Assembly: GCA_047651235.1 (NCBI GenBank)
Contig: CP178758.1
Location: forward strand, 1,470,001 to 1,502,000
DNA from: Candidatus Electrothrix yaqonensis
GTDB taxonomy: Bacteria; Desulfobacterota; Desulfobulbia; Desulfobulbales; Desulfobulbaceae
DNA: 32,000 nt
Direction: 5' to 3'
The translations under genes and the position numbers were made by a program. The notes under the pieces were generated by a model. It worked only from the letters and a program-made list of their open reading frames with translations, was not told where the DNA came from and ran no database searches. Positions 1 to 8,957 of the stretch are shown here, piece by piece. Every line of letters starts with the position of its first letter. Positions within the stretch are counted from its first letter, which is position 1.

Positions 1-12
1 CGGGTCATAGCG

Positions 13-2601
13 TCATACCGGCAGTTTTATGGCAAACAGGGTGGCGTCCAGATTGGTTCCATTCAGTAGGGTATGTCGGAGGGCGGCCTTATACAGATCA
101 GCACCGTAGAAGTTGGCATCGCAGCAGTTACTTCCTTCAAGCCGGGCATGACGGAAGCGGGCCTTGAAGGCGTTGCTTTTGTACAGCGAACTCTGGCGCA
201 GATCACTGTGCATCAGGTTGGCCTGCCGCAGCGAGGTGCGGCTGAAATCTGCCCGGCGGAAATCACATTGAGCCAGCATGGCCCGGTCAAGCATCCCGTG
301 CCGGAGAACGGCATCCGGAAACGCGGATTCGCTCCAGGCAAGCTGTGCCATTTCCGCCTCACTGAAATCAGCCCTGAGCAGCGAGGTGCTGTTGCATTTG
401 GACCGGCTTAACTTGGCTCTGCAGAAGATCACCTCTTCGCCTTCAGCCTCGGCAAACCAGGCGCCTTCCAAATTGCCGCCGGAGAAATCCGCTCTATCCA
501 GCAAAGCCCGGTTGAAATTTACCCGGCGCAGATCCGCCTCCGCACAACGGACTGCGGTGAGATCGGCTCCCTTGAAACCGGCCTGCTGCAGATCGGCTTT
601 GCGGGCATCGACCTCTGTCAGCATACAGGCATCAAATTCAGCCCGAATTCCCTTGACCTCTGCCAAACAGGCGCGGCTGAAATCACTTGTATCAAACCGG
701 GCTTTGCGCAGATCAGCTCCGGTAAAATCAGCACCGCTCGCCAGCATTGCCGTAGCAACGCAATCTTGGAGACGGATGCCGGTCAGCACGGCATCGGAGC
801 AGTCTGCCCTGCTGAGCAAGGCTCCGCTGCAGTCCGCCCTGCGCAGCGAGGTTCGGCTGAAGTTTACCCCTTCAAGCACAGCCCCCCGAAAATCAGCCCG
901 GTCCAGCTTCACGCCGGAAAGATCCAGGCCACTCAGATTCAGCCCGGCCAGAGACCGGCCACAGGCATGGGCCGCCAGCACCTCCTCTCTGGTCATGACC
1001 GCAGTCAGGGGTAGATTACTGCCCGGCCTGTCCGGCTGGTTTTTAGGTTCCGCACCGCCGCTCTGCTGCGCTTGGCGTTCAAGGGCCTGCATTTCAGCAA
1101 ACAGTGCCTTATCCTCAATGCCGTAGGATTTCATGGCGGCAATGGCCGTGGCAATGCGGGCACTGCTGTTTTTCTTTGCAGGTTTGCCTGCCTGTGCGAG
1201 GATGCTGTCTGGCTGCAGATCTTTCGGGTTCAGCCCTGTCCGCAGCAGCATGGTATCCAGCTTCTTATGCAGATGCGCGGACCGTTGGGCAAGGCGGGCC
1301 GGGGTCAGCGGTTTAGCTCCCTTTCCGGCTTGGGCAGCAGCCGACTGTCCGAGCAGCTCATCTGCCGAGATGCCGAAGGCAGCCAGCAGCGGGGTCAGTT
1401 TTGTCTTGGCTGCTGCTGTTTTTTCCGCAATGGCAGCAGCAACCGGGTCGAATTCCGGAGTACCACCTTTGGCCTCAGCAGCTGTTGCTGCTTCCTCTGC
1501 TTTTGACGATGAGTCAGATTCCGGTTCCGGCTCATCAACGGCTACCTCTTCTGCCTCTGCATCCGGCAGCCCGAAGATACCGGCATAGCAGATACCTGCC
1601 TCGGCAGGTGGTTCAGCCAGCGGTTCCAGGGCAGCGGCAAGATAATAGGCATCCGTGTCCCATTCCGGCAGGTGAGCCAGTCCGGCCCGCCAGATCAGGA
1701 TGCCGGTTTCATGGTCGGGAAACAGCCAGAGCGTATCCAGGCGGCATTGCAGCTCAACAAAGGTGTGCTCTGCGGCATGATTGCCCAGAAAACAGCGGCA
1801 ACGGCGACCGGGGAGCTGTGACTCTATGCGGGAACGCTCAGGGTGCAGATTGTGCAGCAGCACCGGTTCATCCCCCTGGAAGAAACCGGGAAAGCGCTGA
1901 TCCAGCGGGGCCAGCTGGAACAGCCGGGGAGAGGCATCCGCAGGCGGTTTGGGCCAGCGGCGGGCAAGCCAGTTTTTGTCGAGGCCACCGACAAGAGCGC
2001 GGCGGGAGGGCCAATCCAATCCCTCCGGGCCGAAACCCACCGGTCGTTGCTGCTCAGAGGGGAAACCGATCAATCTGTCCGGATGCTGGATATTGGGCAG
2101 GGGTTTTCGTCTTCTGCCGTCCAGACAGCGGACCGGCATCCTGCCCCGACCGGCCGGATTGTCGTATCCGGGGGCACCGCCGAAGGACCGTTCCCAGTCC
2201 AGCTCCATCTTTTTGAACGGAACCGGAAAGGTAACCTTGTCGTTACTGAGCCACCAGCGGTCCCCGAAGACGAGCAGATTTTTTGCCACGCTCCCTACCT
2301 TGGCCCTGACCGGACAGGCCAGCGTAGACTGAGCCTCAGGGGAGTAACATGTTCCGGCCACCAGAAATTCCCCTGTCGGTTTGGGCATCCCCAGATCAAA
2401 AGGGACAGCATCCAGTTCTTTGACCGGCTGCCAGAACTCGCCTTCCTCCAGCAGCTCCGCCTTCGGATCAAGACGGAATCCGGCCAGCATGGTCACGGTC
2501 AACTGCTGTTTGTCCCTGTCCCTGCTCTCCTTGTCCAGGCGGTACAGGAGCGACAGGGTATCCGGTTTGCGGAGGAAAAAATTCGGCTGCTTCACGCTCA
2601 T
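13..2601 (-). CDS. T6SS-associated DUF2169-domain protein fused to a long C-terminal pentapeptide-repeat domain
   Basis: 862-aa ORF. The N-terminal ~330 aa resemble DUF2169 proteins as I remember them (GEFLVAGTCY, LLVFGDRWW). An Ala/Glu/Pro-rich acidic linker follows, then ~330 aa of tandem pentapeptide repeats (ADLxxAxLxxAxF pattern). It lies 43 nt downstream of clpV on the same strand. Another minus-strand ATG at position 8 suggests the operon continues off-window. Confidence 0.8.
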   Translation of the reverse strand: MSVKQPNFFLRKPDTLSLLYRLDKESRDRDKQQLTVTMLAGFRLDPKAELLEEGEFWQPVKELDAVPFDLGMPKPTGEFLVAGTCYSPEAQSTLACPVRAKVGSVAKNLLVFGDRWWLSNDKVTFPVPFKKMELDWERSFGGAPGYDNPAGRGRMPVRCLDGRRRKPLPNIQHPDRLIGFPSEQQRPVGFGPEGLDWPSRRALVGGLDKNWLARRWPKPPADASPRLFQLAPLDQRFPGFFQGDEPVLLHNLHPERSRIESQLPGRRCRCFLGNHAAEHTFVELQCRLDTLWLFPDHETGILIWRAGLAHLPEWDTDAYYLAAALEPLAEPPAEAGICYAGIFGLPDAEAEEVAVDEPEPESDSSSKAEEAATAAEAKGGTPEFDPVAAAIAEKTAAAKTKLTPLLAAFGISADELLGQSAAAQAGKGAKPLTPARLAQRSAHLHKKLDTMLLRTGLNPKDLQPDSILAQAGKPAKKNSSARIATAIAAMKSYGIEDKALFAEMQALERQAQQSGGAEPKNQPDRPGSNLPLTAVMTREEVLAAHACGRSLAGLNLSGLDLSGVKLDRADFRGAVLEGVNFSRTSLRRADCSGALLSRADCSDAVLTGIRLQDCVATAMLASGADFTGADLRKARFDTSDFSRACLAEVKGIRAEFDACMLTEVDARKADLQQAGFKGADLTAVRCAEADLRRVNFNRALLDRADFSGGNLEGAWFAEAEGEEVIFCRAKLSRSKCNSTSLLRADFSEAEMAQLAWSESAFPDAVLRHGMLDRAMLAQCDFRRADFSRTSLRQANLMHSDLRQSSLYKSNAFKARFRHARLEGSNCCDANFYGADLYKAALRHTLLNGTNLDATLFAIKLPV

Positions 2602-2644
2602 GCCTCCATCGGTATAACCGACCTTTGCACAACCTGCTCAGGCA

Positions 2645-5425
2645 TCAACTCTTATCCTGAACATCCTGAAACTGCATGGTGAATTCTCCCTGCTCATCAA
2701 CATCCAACGTTACCCCGGCAGGGAGCTGACCGCCGCTCATCTGGGTAAGAATTTCTCTGGAAAGCCGGGGCAGGACATTGCCGTTCAGGATGTATTCGAT
2801 ATTCCGGGCCCCGGTTTCCACCTCGGTACAGCGGGCCGCGATCTGCTGCACCACCTTGTCGCCCCAGCTGAACTCCATCCTGTTGTTGTTCATGAGCATT
2901 TCGCGCAGACTCTGGAGCTTGATCTCCACAATATTTTCCATAGCATCCCGATCCAAGCTGAAAAAGGGAATCACGGTGGTCCTGGCCAGCAGGGCCGGTT
3001 TGAAATACTGCGAGAGCAGCGGCCGCACCGCCCCCATGACCGCCTCCATCGGCAGGCGGTCCTCCCCGCCGGTCATCTCCTGGATCACATCGGTGCCCAG
3101 GTTGGAGGTGAGGATGATAATGGCATTGCGGAAGCTGATTTCCTTGCCCTCGCCGTCAGTGAGCGTCCCCTTATCAAAGACCTGATAAAACAGGTTCATG
3201 ATATCGATATGCGCCTTTTCCACCTCATCGAGCAGGACAACGCAGTAGGGCATTTTCCGCACTGCCTCGGTGAGCATCCCGCCCTCGCCGAATCCCACAT
3301 AACCGGGAGGAGAACCGATCAGGCGGCTGACTGTATGGCTTTCCTGAAACTCGCTCATATTGATGGCCACCACGCTTTTTTCGCTGCCGAAGATCAGCTC
3401 GGCCAGCGCCAGACCGGTGGCTGTCTTGCCCACCCCGGACGGCCCGGCAAAGAGAAAAACTCCTTGGGGCTGATGCGGATTCCTGATCCCGGCCTTGGCT
3501 GCCCGGATGACCTCTCCCATCGCAGAAAGCGCGTGATCTTGGCCCTTGATCTTGGTCTCTATGATGGATTCAAAATTGACGATATTGTCGGCCTCGTCGC
3601 GCAGCATTCGGCCCAGCGGGATACCGGTCCAGTCAGCAGCCACATGGGCCACAATATCCGGGTTGACCTCGATCTGGATCAGGGGATGTTCGCCCTGCAG
3701 CGCAGATAGGGCTGCATCGGCCTCGGCAAGATGTTGGCGCAGGGTATCAGGAGAAACGGTTTCTTCGGCTTTAGCAGCAGATTTTGAGGACTCTGCGTTC
3801 TCTGGAGAAAATTCAGGTTTATCGGGTTTATCAGACTGAGGCTCCTCAGGAACATCGGTTTCCGCTGTTTCGGGAGGAGGCTCGGTAGCTGCCTGTGCGA
3901 TAGCGTGCACAGCATCGTGCAGTCGGTTGCGCAAATCAACAACCCGGTTTGCCGCCTCCCGCTCCTGCTGCCAGCGTTCTGTCAGGGCCTGCCGCTGTTC
4001 ATCCAGCCTGCTGATTTCCCCGCCGATCTCTGCAAGACGTTCTTGGTCAATCGCTACATTATTCTCCTGATCCCGCAGCATGGCCTGCTGTTCCCGCTCC
4101 AGGGCGGCTATGGAGCGCTCCAAATCTTCAAGGGAAGGCGGCTTGGTAGCCAGATTGATGCTGATCCGGGCACAGGCCGTATCCAGCAGGTCAATGGCTT
4201 TGTCCGGCAGGAACCGGCCGGAAATATAGCGGTCAGCGATTTCGCTTGCGGCCTGCACCGCATCATCCCGGACAATGACCTTATGGGCTTTTTCATAACT
4301 GTCCTTAATGCCGCGCAGGATCAGGGTGGTGGTCTCGGTGTCCGGTTCATCGAGCTTGACCAGCTGGAATCTGCGGGCCAAGGCCGGATCCTTTTCAAAA
4401 TATTTTTTATATTCGGTCCAGGTGGTGGCCGCAATGGTGCGCAGCTCTCCCCGGGCCAGAGCCGGTTTAAGCAGGTTGGCTGCATCGCCGCTGCCCGCCG
4501 CGCCGCCGGACCCCACCAGGGTATGCGCCTCATCAATAAAAAGAATGATCGGAGTTGCCGACTGTTTAATCTCAGTAATTACCCCGTTCAGGCGGTTTTC
4601 AAATTCGCCCTTCATTCCGGCACCGGCCTCCAGCAATCCCATGTCCAGAACCAGCAGGGAGGTTCCCCGGATCGCCTCCGGCACATCGCCCTCAACAATG
4701 CGCCGGGCCAGTCCTTCCACCACAGCGGTCTTGCCGACCCCGGCCTCTCCCACGCAGATGGGATTATTTTTTCGCCGCCGTGCCAGGATATCGATCATCA
4801 GGCGGATTTCTCGATCCCGCCCGAAGACATGATCAATCTTGCCCTGGCGGGCATTTTCGGTAAAGTCTTGGCAGAAACGGGCCAGAAAGCCTTCCTTGCC
4901 GGTCACGCTCTGCTTCCCTTCCTCCCGGATGCGTTCTTCCCTGCTGACAGCCTCCACTGAGGGTTTGGTAATGGTCCAGAATTCTTTCAGCAGATCTTCC
5001 CGGTTGATGGTCCGGAGCAGGTCCATGTACTGACCGGTTGCATAGTAGGCGGGACGGGAAAGCAGGGCGAGGAGCAACGCGCCGGAACGAATCCGCCGAT
5101 CATCCAGATCAATGGAGGCGATCAGCCAGGCCTCTTGGACAAGGTCCAGCAGCATGGGCGAAAACACCGGCTTGCCTGAATTGCCGCCGGTATAATCTTC
5201 CAGCACCTCGTCCAGTTTCTTGCGGACCTGCCCAGCCTCAATGCCGGAATGCTCAAAGATCAGGGGCCAGTCAGCATGAAGTTCGTCGAGCAGTTTGAGC
5301 AGGAGATGTTCAATGGCCACCTCGTAATGGGTCCGGGAAACAGACAGCCCGGCTGCGGCCTGGAGTGCATTGGTACAGAACGGGTTGAGGTGCAGCAGTA
5401 ATCCCTTGATATCGACGATGACCAT
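2645..5425 (-). CDS. tssH: Type VI secretion AAA+ ATPase ClpV/TssH
   Basis: 926-aa ORF with a ClpV-like N-domain. It has two AAA+ modules (Walker A GEAGVGKTA and GPSGVGKTA) and a coiled-coil middle region. An acidic ~50-aa insertion (EPPPETAETDVPEEPQSDKPDKPEF...) lies before the second module. Confidence 0.9.
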   Translation of the reverse strand: MVIVDIKGLLLHLNPFCTNALQAAAGLSVSRTHYEVAIEHLLLKLLDELHADWPLIFEHSGIEAGQVRKKLDEVLEDYTGGNSGKPVFSPMLLDLVQEAWLIASIDLDDRRIRSGALLLALLSRPAYYATGQYMDLLRTINREDLLKEFWTITKPSVEAVSREERIREEGKQSVTGKEGFLARFCQDFTENARQGKIDHVFGRDREIRLMIDILARRRKNNPICVGEAGVGKTAVVEGLARRIVEGDVPEAIRGTSLLVLDMGLLEAGAGMKGEFENRLNGVITEIKQSATPIILFIDEAHTLVGSGGAAGSGDAANLLKPALARGELRTIAATTWTEYKKYFEKDPALARRFQLVKLDEPDTETTTLILRGIKDSYEKAHKVIVRDDAVQAASEIADRYISGRFLPDKAIDLLDTACARISINLATKPPSLEDLERSIAALEREQQAMLRDQENNVAIDQERLAEIGGEISRLDEQRQALTERWQQEREAANRVVDLRNRLHDAVHAIAQAATEPPPETAETDVPEEPQSDKPDKPEFSPENAESSKSAAKAEETVSPDTLRQHLAEADAALSALQGEHPLIQIEVNPDIVAHVAADWTGIPLGRMLRDEADNIVNFESIIETKIKGQDHALSAMGEVIRAAKAGIRNPHQPQGVFLFAGPSGVGKTATGLALAELIFGSEKSVVAINMSEFQESHTVSRLIGSPPGYVGFGEGGMLTEAVRKMPYCVVLLDEVEKAHIDIMNLFYQVFDKGTLTDGEGKEISFRNAIIILTSNLGTDVIQEMTGGEDRLPMEAVMGAVRPLLSQYFKPALLARTTVIPFFSLDRDAMENIVEIKLQSLREMLMNNNRMEFSWGDKVVQQIAARCTEVETGARNIEYILNGNVLPRLSREILTQMSGGQLPAGVTLDVDEQGEFTMQFQDVQDKS

Positions 5426-5568
5426 AGCGTTCTCCTCCGATAAAGTCGCTATATAATGAAAGATAAAAGGATCAAATAAAGGACATTGTTCTGATATATA
5501 TTTCTTTCTGGCAATAATGAGACAGGGAAATCGTGCGGCCCACTGTGCAGTATCGCAATATTACAGCC

Positions 5569-6585
5569 TTATTCAGCCTGCAGCGTCATATACCGGGTAA
5601 AGCACTCAACCTGACCAGATTGATCAAACTTATCTGCTTCATCAGGTTTATCCGCTTCATCGCCAGATTCATCCTTGGCTTTCGCTTTATTCCGGTACAA
5701 ACAGTGAAGATACTTTTCCGCCCTGTGCAGAGCGATTGACGAGGGGGAGAGAAAGATCTCCACCCGCCTGTTGGCCGCTGATTTCTTTTCCTGCTCAAGA
5801 TATTCTATCGGCTGTGTTTCTCCGACGCCCAGACTTTCTATCTGCAATGCATTGGGAGAACCGCCCGCTTTTTCGATTTCCTTCTGCAGTTCAGCAACAG
5901 TGGCGTCAGAACGCTCCTTGCTGAGGGTCATGTTGTCCCTGTCCGTCCCCACACTGTCCGCATGTCCGATCACAGTAATATTTTTATACGCAGTGGCTGC
6001 GGCAAGAACATCATGGACAAAATGCTGCGTAATGATCGAGCCTATTTCTTTCAGCTCGCTGGAATTAAAGTTAAAATATAAATCCTTCTTAAACCGGACA
6101 AGCAGTACAGGTACAATGTCGGCTTGCTGCTGTTCTGTGGATTTTTCTGCAGAATGCTCTGGATTTTTTTTATCTGCTGCCTGCTTCTCTTCTTTTTTAT
6201 TTTGTACAATCTTGTTCACCGGCACATAAAGCAATGCAGCAGCAAAAGCTTCAAACGGATCAAAGTCAACTTCGATTTCAGCAAATGATTTCTCTACAGA
6301 GACAGACAGTGCTGAAAGGATTTTTACGACTTCCTCTGCAGTTTCTTTCCCGGCAGAACATGAATCGCCGACCACAATTATATCATCTTTGAACCCTTCA
6401 TCCTCTGCAAGCCGGATGCATTTTTTTCTCTTGTCTCTGCTCTGATTGTCCGGAATTGTGCAATTTTCGTCAACGAGACAGGAGGCTGTCTCCTGCTGCC
6501 AGAGGTAATCCGGCGGCTCATTAGCATAAGCAGAACTGAGCAAAAGGAAAAACAGTATGACTGTGAGAAAAAGTATTTTATGCAT
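5569..6585 (-). CDS. Exported OmpA-family protein (C-terminal OmpA/MotB peptidoglycan-binding domain)
   Basis: 338-aa ORF. It has an N-terminal signal peptide (MHKILFLTVILFFLLLSSAYA/NE). The C-terminal motif is TVIGHADSVGTDRDNMTLSKERSDATV...NRRVEIFL. The gene looks AT-richer than the flanking T6SS genes by eye. Confidence 0.8.
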   Translation of the reverse strand: MHKILFLTVILFFLLLSSAYANEPPDYLWQQETASCLVDENCTIPDNQSRDKRKKCIRLAEDEGFKDDIIVVGDSCSAGKETAEEVVKILSALSVSVEKSFAEIEVDFDPFEAFAAALLYVPVNKIVQNKKEEKQAADKKNPEHSAEKSTEQQQADIVPVLLVRFKKDLYFNFNSSELKEIGSIITQHFVHDVLAAATAYKNITVIGHADSVGTDRDNMTLSKERSDATVAELQKEIEKAGGSPNALQIESLGVGETQPIEYLEQEKKSAANRRVEIFLSPSSIALHRAEKYLHCLYRNKAKAKDESGDEADKPDEADKFDQSGQVECFTRYMTLQAE

Positions 6586-6684
6586 GACAGTCGGTTTGGG
6601 GTTGGTTTTTCGTTCAAAAAAATTCTGAAAGGATAGTCTCCTGCATTCGAAAAGGCACGGTTTTTCCCCGAACCGGGCAATAGG

Positions 6685-7407
6685 TTACCGCGCCGCAAGC
6701 CCTTCAGTCAGCTCCTGCTGCAACGATCGGATCAGGGCAATCGGATCGTTGCTGTTACGGATAGGTCTGCCGATGACCACATGATCCGCACCGTTGATGA
6801 TGGCCTGTTTTGCCGTGGCGATTCGTTTCTGGTCATCCGAGCCGTCATCCACATTGGCACCCGGTCGGATCCCCGGCGTGACAACCAGAAAATTTCCTCC
6901 CAGATCGTTACAGAGCGGTTCCGCTTCCAAGGCAGAGGAAACAACGCCGTCGCAGCCGATCTCCAGAGCCTTGCGTGCCCGGTGCAACACCAAGTCCCGG
7001 ACGCTCCCGGTCATGCCCATAGCCCGCATATCCTCCTCATCAAAGCTGGTGAGCACGGTCACGGCAAGAATCTTCAGCTCACTGTCCTTATCCTGCACAG
7101 CAGCCCGGAGAATCGGATCATTGCCGTGCACCGTGGCAAAGGTGACGCCCCGATTTTTCAGCTGCTCCACTGCGAGCCGCACGGTTTCCGGGATATCAAA
7201 AAACTTAAGGTCCACCATGACCTTGTTGCCGCGCCGGATAATGGCATCAATGGTGTTGAACCAGCTGGCCAGAAAGAGCTGCAGCCCCACCTTGAAGAAT
7301 TTTATCTCGCTGTCTAACTGTTCAACCAAGGCCATTGCTTCGTCATACGAGGTGACATCAAGGGCAAAAATGATCCGTTCGTTCAGGGGAATGTTTTTCG
7401 GTGTCAT
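6685..7407 (-). CDS. pyrF: Orotidine 5'-phosphate decarboxylase
   Basis: 240-aa ORF with the hallmark motifs IFALDV, DLKFFDIPETV, VVTPGIRPG, DDQKR and ADHVVIGRPI. Confidence 0.9.
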   Translation of the reverse strand: MTPKNIPLNERIIFALDVTSYDEAMALVEQLDSEIKFFKVGLQLFLASWFNTIDAIIRRGNKVMVDLKFFDIPETVRLAVEQLKNRGVTFATVHGNDPILRAAVQDKDSELKILAVTVLTSFDEEDMRAMGMTGSVRDLVLHRARKALEIGCDGVVSSALEAEPLCNDLGGNFLVVTPGIRPGANVDDGSDDQKRIATAKQAIINGADHVVIGRPIRNSNDPIALIRSLQQELTEGLAAR

Positions 7408-7598
7408 AGAAGAAAGGAAAACTACCCCGCCATAAAAGACAGGGTATTAAACAGAAGTGATTTTCACAATACGCCACAGGCAGCTGGGTTTTGCCGAGCC
7501 TTCATCAGGAGCAGCCTGGCTCCAAGCCAAGCCGCAAAGGGGGCGCGGCAGACCGGGCCGTGATTCGGCGGTGCCGCTCAACCGTCCCACAGTTGCCG

Positions 7599-8060
7599 CT
7601 ATTGACACTCCCAGCCCCAATACCCGGCACAGGTCACCTGCGGGATGACCTTGCCGCCGCAGGACTGGTAGCAGTACCGGTATTCCTCGTTGCACTGATC
7701 AAATTTCGGCTCAGGGCAGGGCTCCGTGGTATCCAGACAGGGAGCAACCCCGGCGGCAAGGCAGTTCTCAAGTTTCAGACCGGCCATTTCGTTGCGGTGC
7801 CTGCAGTCCTTCTGGTCAGACTCCAAGTCATCCTTGCAATCCGATCTTTTCTGGGCACACTGCATAATACACATCCGTCCCTGCTCCGTGTCAGGAGGCT
7901 CCAGGGTATAATCGGTCTTGTACACCGGGCCGCAGGCGCTCAGCCCGGCCGCGATCAGTACCGAGATGCCTATGCTCTGCAGAAATCGTCTGCTGCATAT
8001 CCGGCTGAATCTGTTCATTGAATCTGCTGTGTTCATAACTGTGTTCATAACTGTGTTCAT
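7599..8060 (-). CDS. Cysteine-rich putative lipoprotein
   Basis: 153-aa ORF. An SD-like aaggaagg lies 5 nt upstream of the ATG at 8060. A signal sequence ends in the lipobox-like LSAC. The mature part has more than 12 Cys. I recognise no family. Confidence 0.55.
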   Translation of the reverse strand: MNTVMNTVMNTADSMNRFSRICSRRFLQSIGISVLIAAGLSACGPVYKTDYTLEPPDTEQGRMCIMQCAQKRSDCKDDLESDQKDCRHRNEMAGLKLENCLAAGVAPCLDTTEPCPEPKFDQCNEEYRYCYQSCGGKVIPQVTCAGYWGWECQ

Positions 8061-8063
8061 AAC
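8028..8063. repeat. Perfect 12-bp tandem repeat x3 (tgtgttcataac)
   Basis: Read directly from the sequence. On the minus strand each unit encodes MNTV and carries an in-frame ATG (8060, 8048, 8036) at the 5' end of the lipoprotein gene. Confidence 0.9.
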
Positions 8064-8099
8064 ACCCTTCCTTTTATTATTTGTTTATAGCAATAGAGA

Positions 8100-8600
8100 T
8101 TACCTGTTCTGCAGCTTTTCCGTTATCAGATCGTAAAGACAGTTGCTGGTTTCCCGGACAACCTGCACACAATGCCTGCGCGTGCTGTTCGGGTCGTTGC
8201 GGAACGTATGGACAGCTTTCCAGTCCTTCCAGTCCACTCCGGCAATATCAGAGCAGTTGATCCCGCCGTACTGCTCCGTAATTTCTGCAAACTTCTGCAC
8301 CATCGCATGACTGATACCGCCCATCTTCGGATGATTATCCTGCTCAGGTGCTGTCTTTCCCAAAGTGAACCCGATGGCTGCCAGGGCACCGGACAAGGCC
8401 CCGCAGACCTGTCCGCTGCTCCCCATGCCTCCGGCAAAGGGCGCCATCGCCGCAATCAGCTCTGGAGATGGCGCTTTCTCCTGAAAAAGCTCCGCACAGG
8501 CGCAGAGCACGGCCTGGCTGCAGTGGAACCCCTGAGCAAACAGCTCAACGGCTCTGGCCGCCATTCTTTCCCGCTCTGTTGTGATTTTTATTGCTGTCAT
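8100..8600 (-). CDS. C_GCAxxG_C_C family protein
   Basis: 166-aa ORF with HCSQAVLCA near the N-terminus, VCGALSGA (CGAxxG) in the middle, and a C-terminal NCSD/HCVQV Cys pattern. Confidence 0.8.
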   Translation of the reverse strand: MTAIKITTERERMAARAVELFAQGFHCSQAVLCACAELFQEKAPSPELIAAMAPFAGGMGSSGQVCGALSGALAAIGFTLGKTAPEQDNHPKMGGISHAMVQKFAEITEQYGGINCSDIAGVDWKDWKAVHTFRNDPNSTRRHCVQVVRETSNCLYDLITEKLQNR

Positions 8601-8736
8601 TGTTTCTCCTTATCGGCTTTTCTGACTTCCTGAAAAGGGACGTGTTCAACTTAAGTTAAATACATCACTCCGTCGTTTATCTTAACACGTCTTGCCGGAA
8701 AAGCTCAAAGAAGAATTTGTCCCGCAGGAATCGCGG

Positions 8737-8766
8737 CTATTCCTCCTCCGCCTCTTGTTCAGCAGG
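8737..8766 (-). other. Possible ghost of an AI-2E transporter 3' end (stop codon plus acidic tail)
   Basis: The sequence ctattcctcctccgcctcttgttcagcagg aligns to 14315-14356, the last codons plus stop of the transporter CDS. The match is 26/29 aligned positions with one 12-nt gap. Its order relative to the 86-bp repeat is the same as at the intact gene. The sequence is low-complexity, so this is tentative. Confidence 0.3.
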
Positions 8767-8792
8767 TGAAGGCACCAGGATTCGGCCTGCTC

Positions 8793-8878
8793 CTGTTTTA
8801 TTCAGAAGTATGGTGAAATCCCGGCAAAGTGTCAACCTGTTTCTTTGACTTCTTATTTTGTATTGACACAAGGCGGGC
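8793..8878. repeat. 86-bp direct repeat, copy 1 (partner at 15560-15645)
   Basis: Manual alignment gives 82/86 identical positions in the same orientation. Weaker similarity continues ~13 nt to the left. The track ORF starting at 8829 begins inside this repeat. Confidence 0.9.
8807..8835 (-). promoter_or_regulatory. Putative sigma70-like promoter inside repeat copy 1, reading toward the C_GCAxxG_C_C gene
   Basis: On the minus strand: TTGACA (8835-8830), a 17-nt spacer, then CATACT (8812-8807). An inverted repeat GTGTCAA(8829-8835)-N27-TTGACAC(8863-8869) and a third TTGACT box (8845-8850) overlap it. Confidence 0.4.
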
Positions 8879-8957
8879 GGTGTGCTATGTCGTTTTATCA
8901 GGTAATTGTCATTTGCGGAAGGCGGAGCTGAAGATATCTGAAATCGGACCTCATCTC

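Noticed and set aside
73-2682. Many long plus-strand ORFs (e.g. 278-1126, 1401-2216, 1843-2682) antisense to the DUF2169-pentapeptide gene
   Set aside because: They lie wholly inside a well-supported minus-strand CDS. Their translations are low-complexity Ser/Ala/Arg strings, as expected from reading GC-rich pentapeptide-repeat DNA backwards. They have no SD or family signal.
1440-3860. Similar acidic Ser/Ala/Glu/Pro linkers in ClpV (…KPEFSPENAESSKSAAKAEE…) and the DUF2169 protein (…ESDSSSKAEEAATAAEAKGGTPEFDP…) as a shared interaction motif
   Set aside because: There is no DNA-level similarity, and the segments are low-complexity. Compositional convergence is the simpler explanation, so I note it only as a curiosity.
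3905-4960. 351-aa plus-strand ORF antisense to clpV. Similar antisense ORFs occur at 24045-24713, 25444-26373, 26843-27655 and 29103-29769.
   Set aside because: Each is embedded opposite a CDS with clear family motifs. The translations are Arg/Gly/Pro-rich with no recognisable domains, which is typical of shadow ORFs in GC-rich DNA.
7408-7598. GC-rich, hairpin-rich 190-nt spacer between the lipoprotein gene and pyrF as a possible small RNA or PyrR-type leader
   Set aside because: Several short stems are visible (e.g. GCCGC-N8-GCGGC). I could not match any known motif, promoter or terminator, so the evidence is insufficient.
8829-8957. N-terminal extension of the toxin ORF as given in the track (GTG start at 8829)
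   Set aside because: This start lies inside the 86-bp repeat, and the same repeat precedes an unrelated sequence at 15560-15645. The encoded MSTCFFDFLFCIDT... looks non-genic. A downstream Met (8958 or 9024) is more plausible.
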